Part shown: one piece after another, positions 62,498 through 64,000 of the stretch
How the letters are laid out: each line of letters opens with the position of its first letter
Numbering within the stretch: the stretch's first letter is position 1
NCBI GenBank assembly: GCA_965215885.1
Contig: CBDCEW010000086.1
Span: 20,579-84,578, forward strand
DNA: 64,000 bases
Origin: Candidatus Moanibacter sp.
GTDB taxonomy: Bacteria; Verrucomicrobiota; Verrucomicrobiia; Opitutales; UBA2987
Direction: 5' to 3'
Made by a program: the position numbers and the translations under genes
Notes under the pieces: model-generated
Seen by the model: only the letters and a program-made list of their open reading frames with translations
Databases searched by the model: none
What the model was told of the DNA's origin: nothing

Positions 62498-64000
62498 ATG
62501 GAGAAAACTTCCATCGATATCTTGTGGGTCGCGTTCGCCGCTCTGCTTGTTTTCCTGATGCAGGCAGGCTTCCTATGTCTGGAGTCCGGTCTCACCCGCA
62601 GCAAGAACAGCATCAATGTTGCTCTGAAGAATCTAGCCGACTTTGGGGTCGCCATCGTTTTATTCTGGACGGTGGGGTTTGCCATGATGTTTGGCGAGAC
62701 TTTCGGAGGTTGGATCGGCACATCAGGATTCATGCCCGGAAGCGAAATTGTTGGAGCGTGGTACTGGGCTTTTTTTCTCTACCAGATGATGTTCTGCGGC
62801 GCGGCAGTGACCATTCTCTCCGGAGCTGTCGCCGAGCGGATGAGATTCTCCGGTTACCTGATGGTGGCCTCAATGGTTACGGTCCTGATTTATCCGATTT
62901 TCGGACATTGGGCCTGGAATGGCCTCGGTGAAGGCATTCGGACGGGATGGCTTCGAGCGCAGGGGTTTGTCGACTTCGCAGGTTCGACGGTTGTGCACTC
63001 GATTGGCGGCTGGGTGGGATTGGCGGCAATTATTGTGATCGGAGCTCGCACAGGAAGATTTCCGGAGGGTCAACCACCTCAGAAGATCCCCGGCTCTAAC
63101 CTGCCGGTCGCAATGTTGGGTGTGTGCCTGCTGTGGGTGGGTTGGTTCGGCTTCAATGGAGGCAGCACTCTGGCCTGGAACGATCGGGTCCCTGCAGTGA
63201 TCGTAAACACGGTGCTGGCGGGCGGGGCTGGAATTATGGCCTCCCTGGCGCTGAGTTGGTGGCGGATCAAGCGTGGCGAGGTTGAGTTTGTCATGAACGG
63301 AGCCCTGGCTGGCTTGGTCGCGATAACGGCAAACTGTGATGTCGTGAGTGCGCCGTCGGCGCTCATTATTGGCGGAGTCGGAGGAATAGTTATGATGCTC
63401 GTGTCCGGGCTTTTGGAACACCTGCGAATCGACGACGCCGTAGGCGCGGTCCCGGTCCATCTCGGGGCGGGTATATGGGGAACGCTGGCGGTGGCCCTGT
63501 TCGGGCAACCGGAGCTCCTTGACACTGGCCTCACCATGCTCGAGCAATTAAAGATTCAAATCGTCGGGATTCTCGCCTGTGGCGCCTGGGCGTTTGGTCT
63601 TGCATTTGTCATTCTCAAGACTCTGCACCGTTTCGTTCCACTAAGAGTATCACCTGATGATGAACACATCGGTTTGAACGTCGCCGAACACGGAGCCACA
63701 ATCGAACTGCTCGAACTGTTTCGGACGATGGAAAGCCACGCCAGGACAGAGGACCTGAGTGTGAGGGCGCCGGTCGAACCGTTTACGGAAGTTGGTCAAA
63801 TCGCTCTTCGCTACAACGAGGTCATGGGGAAACTGGAAATCTCAAACAGTGAACTGAACGCGTCGAACGAGCGTTTGGGAGAAGCTCTCAAGGAAGCGCG
63901 TCGATTGGCCGATGAAGCCCAAGTGGCAAATCGGGCCAAGAGCGAGTTCCTGGCCAACATAAGTCACGAAATCAGGACTCCAATGAACGCCATACTCGGA
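62498..64000 (+). CDS. Ammonium transporter (Amt) fused to HAMP-like linker and histidine kinase; truncated at window edge
   Basis: Not in ORF track. Single frame from ATG 62498: [41 protein letters not shown], then [25 protein letters not shown] (HisKA H-box). Confidence 0.92.
   Translation, partial: MEKTSIDILWVAFAALLVFLMQAGFLCLESGLTRSKNSINVALKNLADFGVAIVLFWTVGFAMMFGETFGGWIGTSGFMPGSEIVGAWYWAFFLYQMMFCGAAVTILSGAVAERMRFSGYLMVASMVTVLIYPIFGHWAWNGLGEGIRTGWLRAQGFVDFAGSTVVHSIGGWVGLAAIIVIGARTGRFPEGQPPQKIPGSNLPVAMLGVCLLWVGWFGFNGGSTLAWNDRVPAVIVNTVLAGGAGIMASLALSWWRIKRGEVEFVMNGALAGLVAITANCDVVSAPSALIIGGVGGIVMMLVSGLLEHLRIDDAVGAVPVHLGAGIWGTLAVALFGQPELLDTGLTMLEQLKIQIVGILACGAWAFGLAFVILKTLHRFVPLRVSPDDEHIGLNVAEHGATIELLELFRTMESHARTEDLSVRAPVEPFTEVGQIALRYNEVMGKLEISNSELNASNERLGEALKEARRLADEAQVANRAKSEFLANISHEIRTPMNAILG

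Noticed and set aside
62870..63547. 225-aa minus-strand ORF
   Set aside because: Antisense shadow of the Amt-kinase gene

Overview
A 64-kb bacterial chromosomal segment of moderate GC. The gene repertoire (DUF5069 proteins, SpoIVB-S55/beta-propeller pair) and the dense intergenic repeats suggest Verrucomicrobiota/PVC; this is inference only. Intact housekeeping genes: aspS, xseB, hemW, trxA, ferritin, asd, tRNA-Val(TAC), ilvN-ilvC, hemC-hemD, korAB, plsC-like, CDF transporter and a THX (bS31) ribosomal protein. Accessory regions: (i) a signalling-like cluster at 2.7-14.3 kb (secreted caspase-like peptidase, CHASE2-cyclase with atypical specificity residues, CsgG-like protein, zinc-ribbon-SPFH, zinc-ribbon-FHA); (ii) a decaying region at 25.6-36.8 kb (internally deleted SLC13 and lon, SelJ-like ARH, DUF5069, nested IS4/ISAs1); (iii) a TetR-MMPL-LolA-like-OM barrel operon with three visible operators; (iv) a second nested IS stack at 49.3-52.7 kb; (v) an Amt-histidine kinase fusion running off the right edge. 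The most striking element is a complete IS (610-2384) with an AbrB-like ORF joined to a DDE transposase by a likely -1 frameshift, a perfect palindromic operator and a 21-bp target duplication of a REP-like hairpin. Several MITE/REP families and a ~102-bp tandem array are present; no CRISPR. Many single-base frameshifts may be assembly errors.
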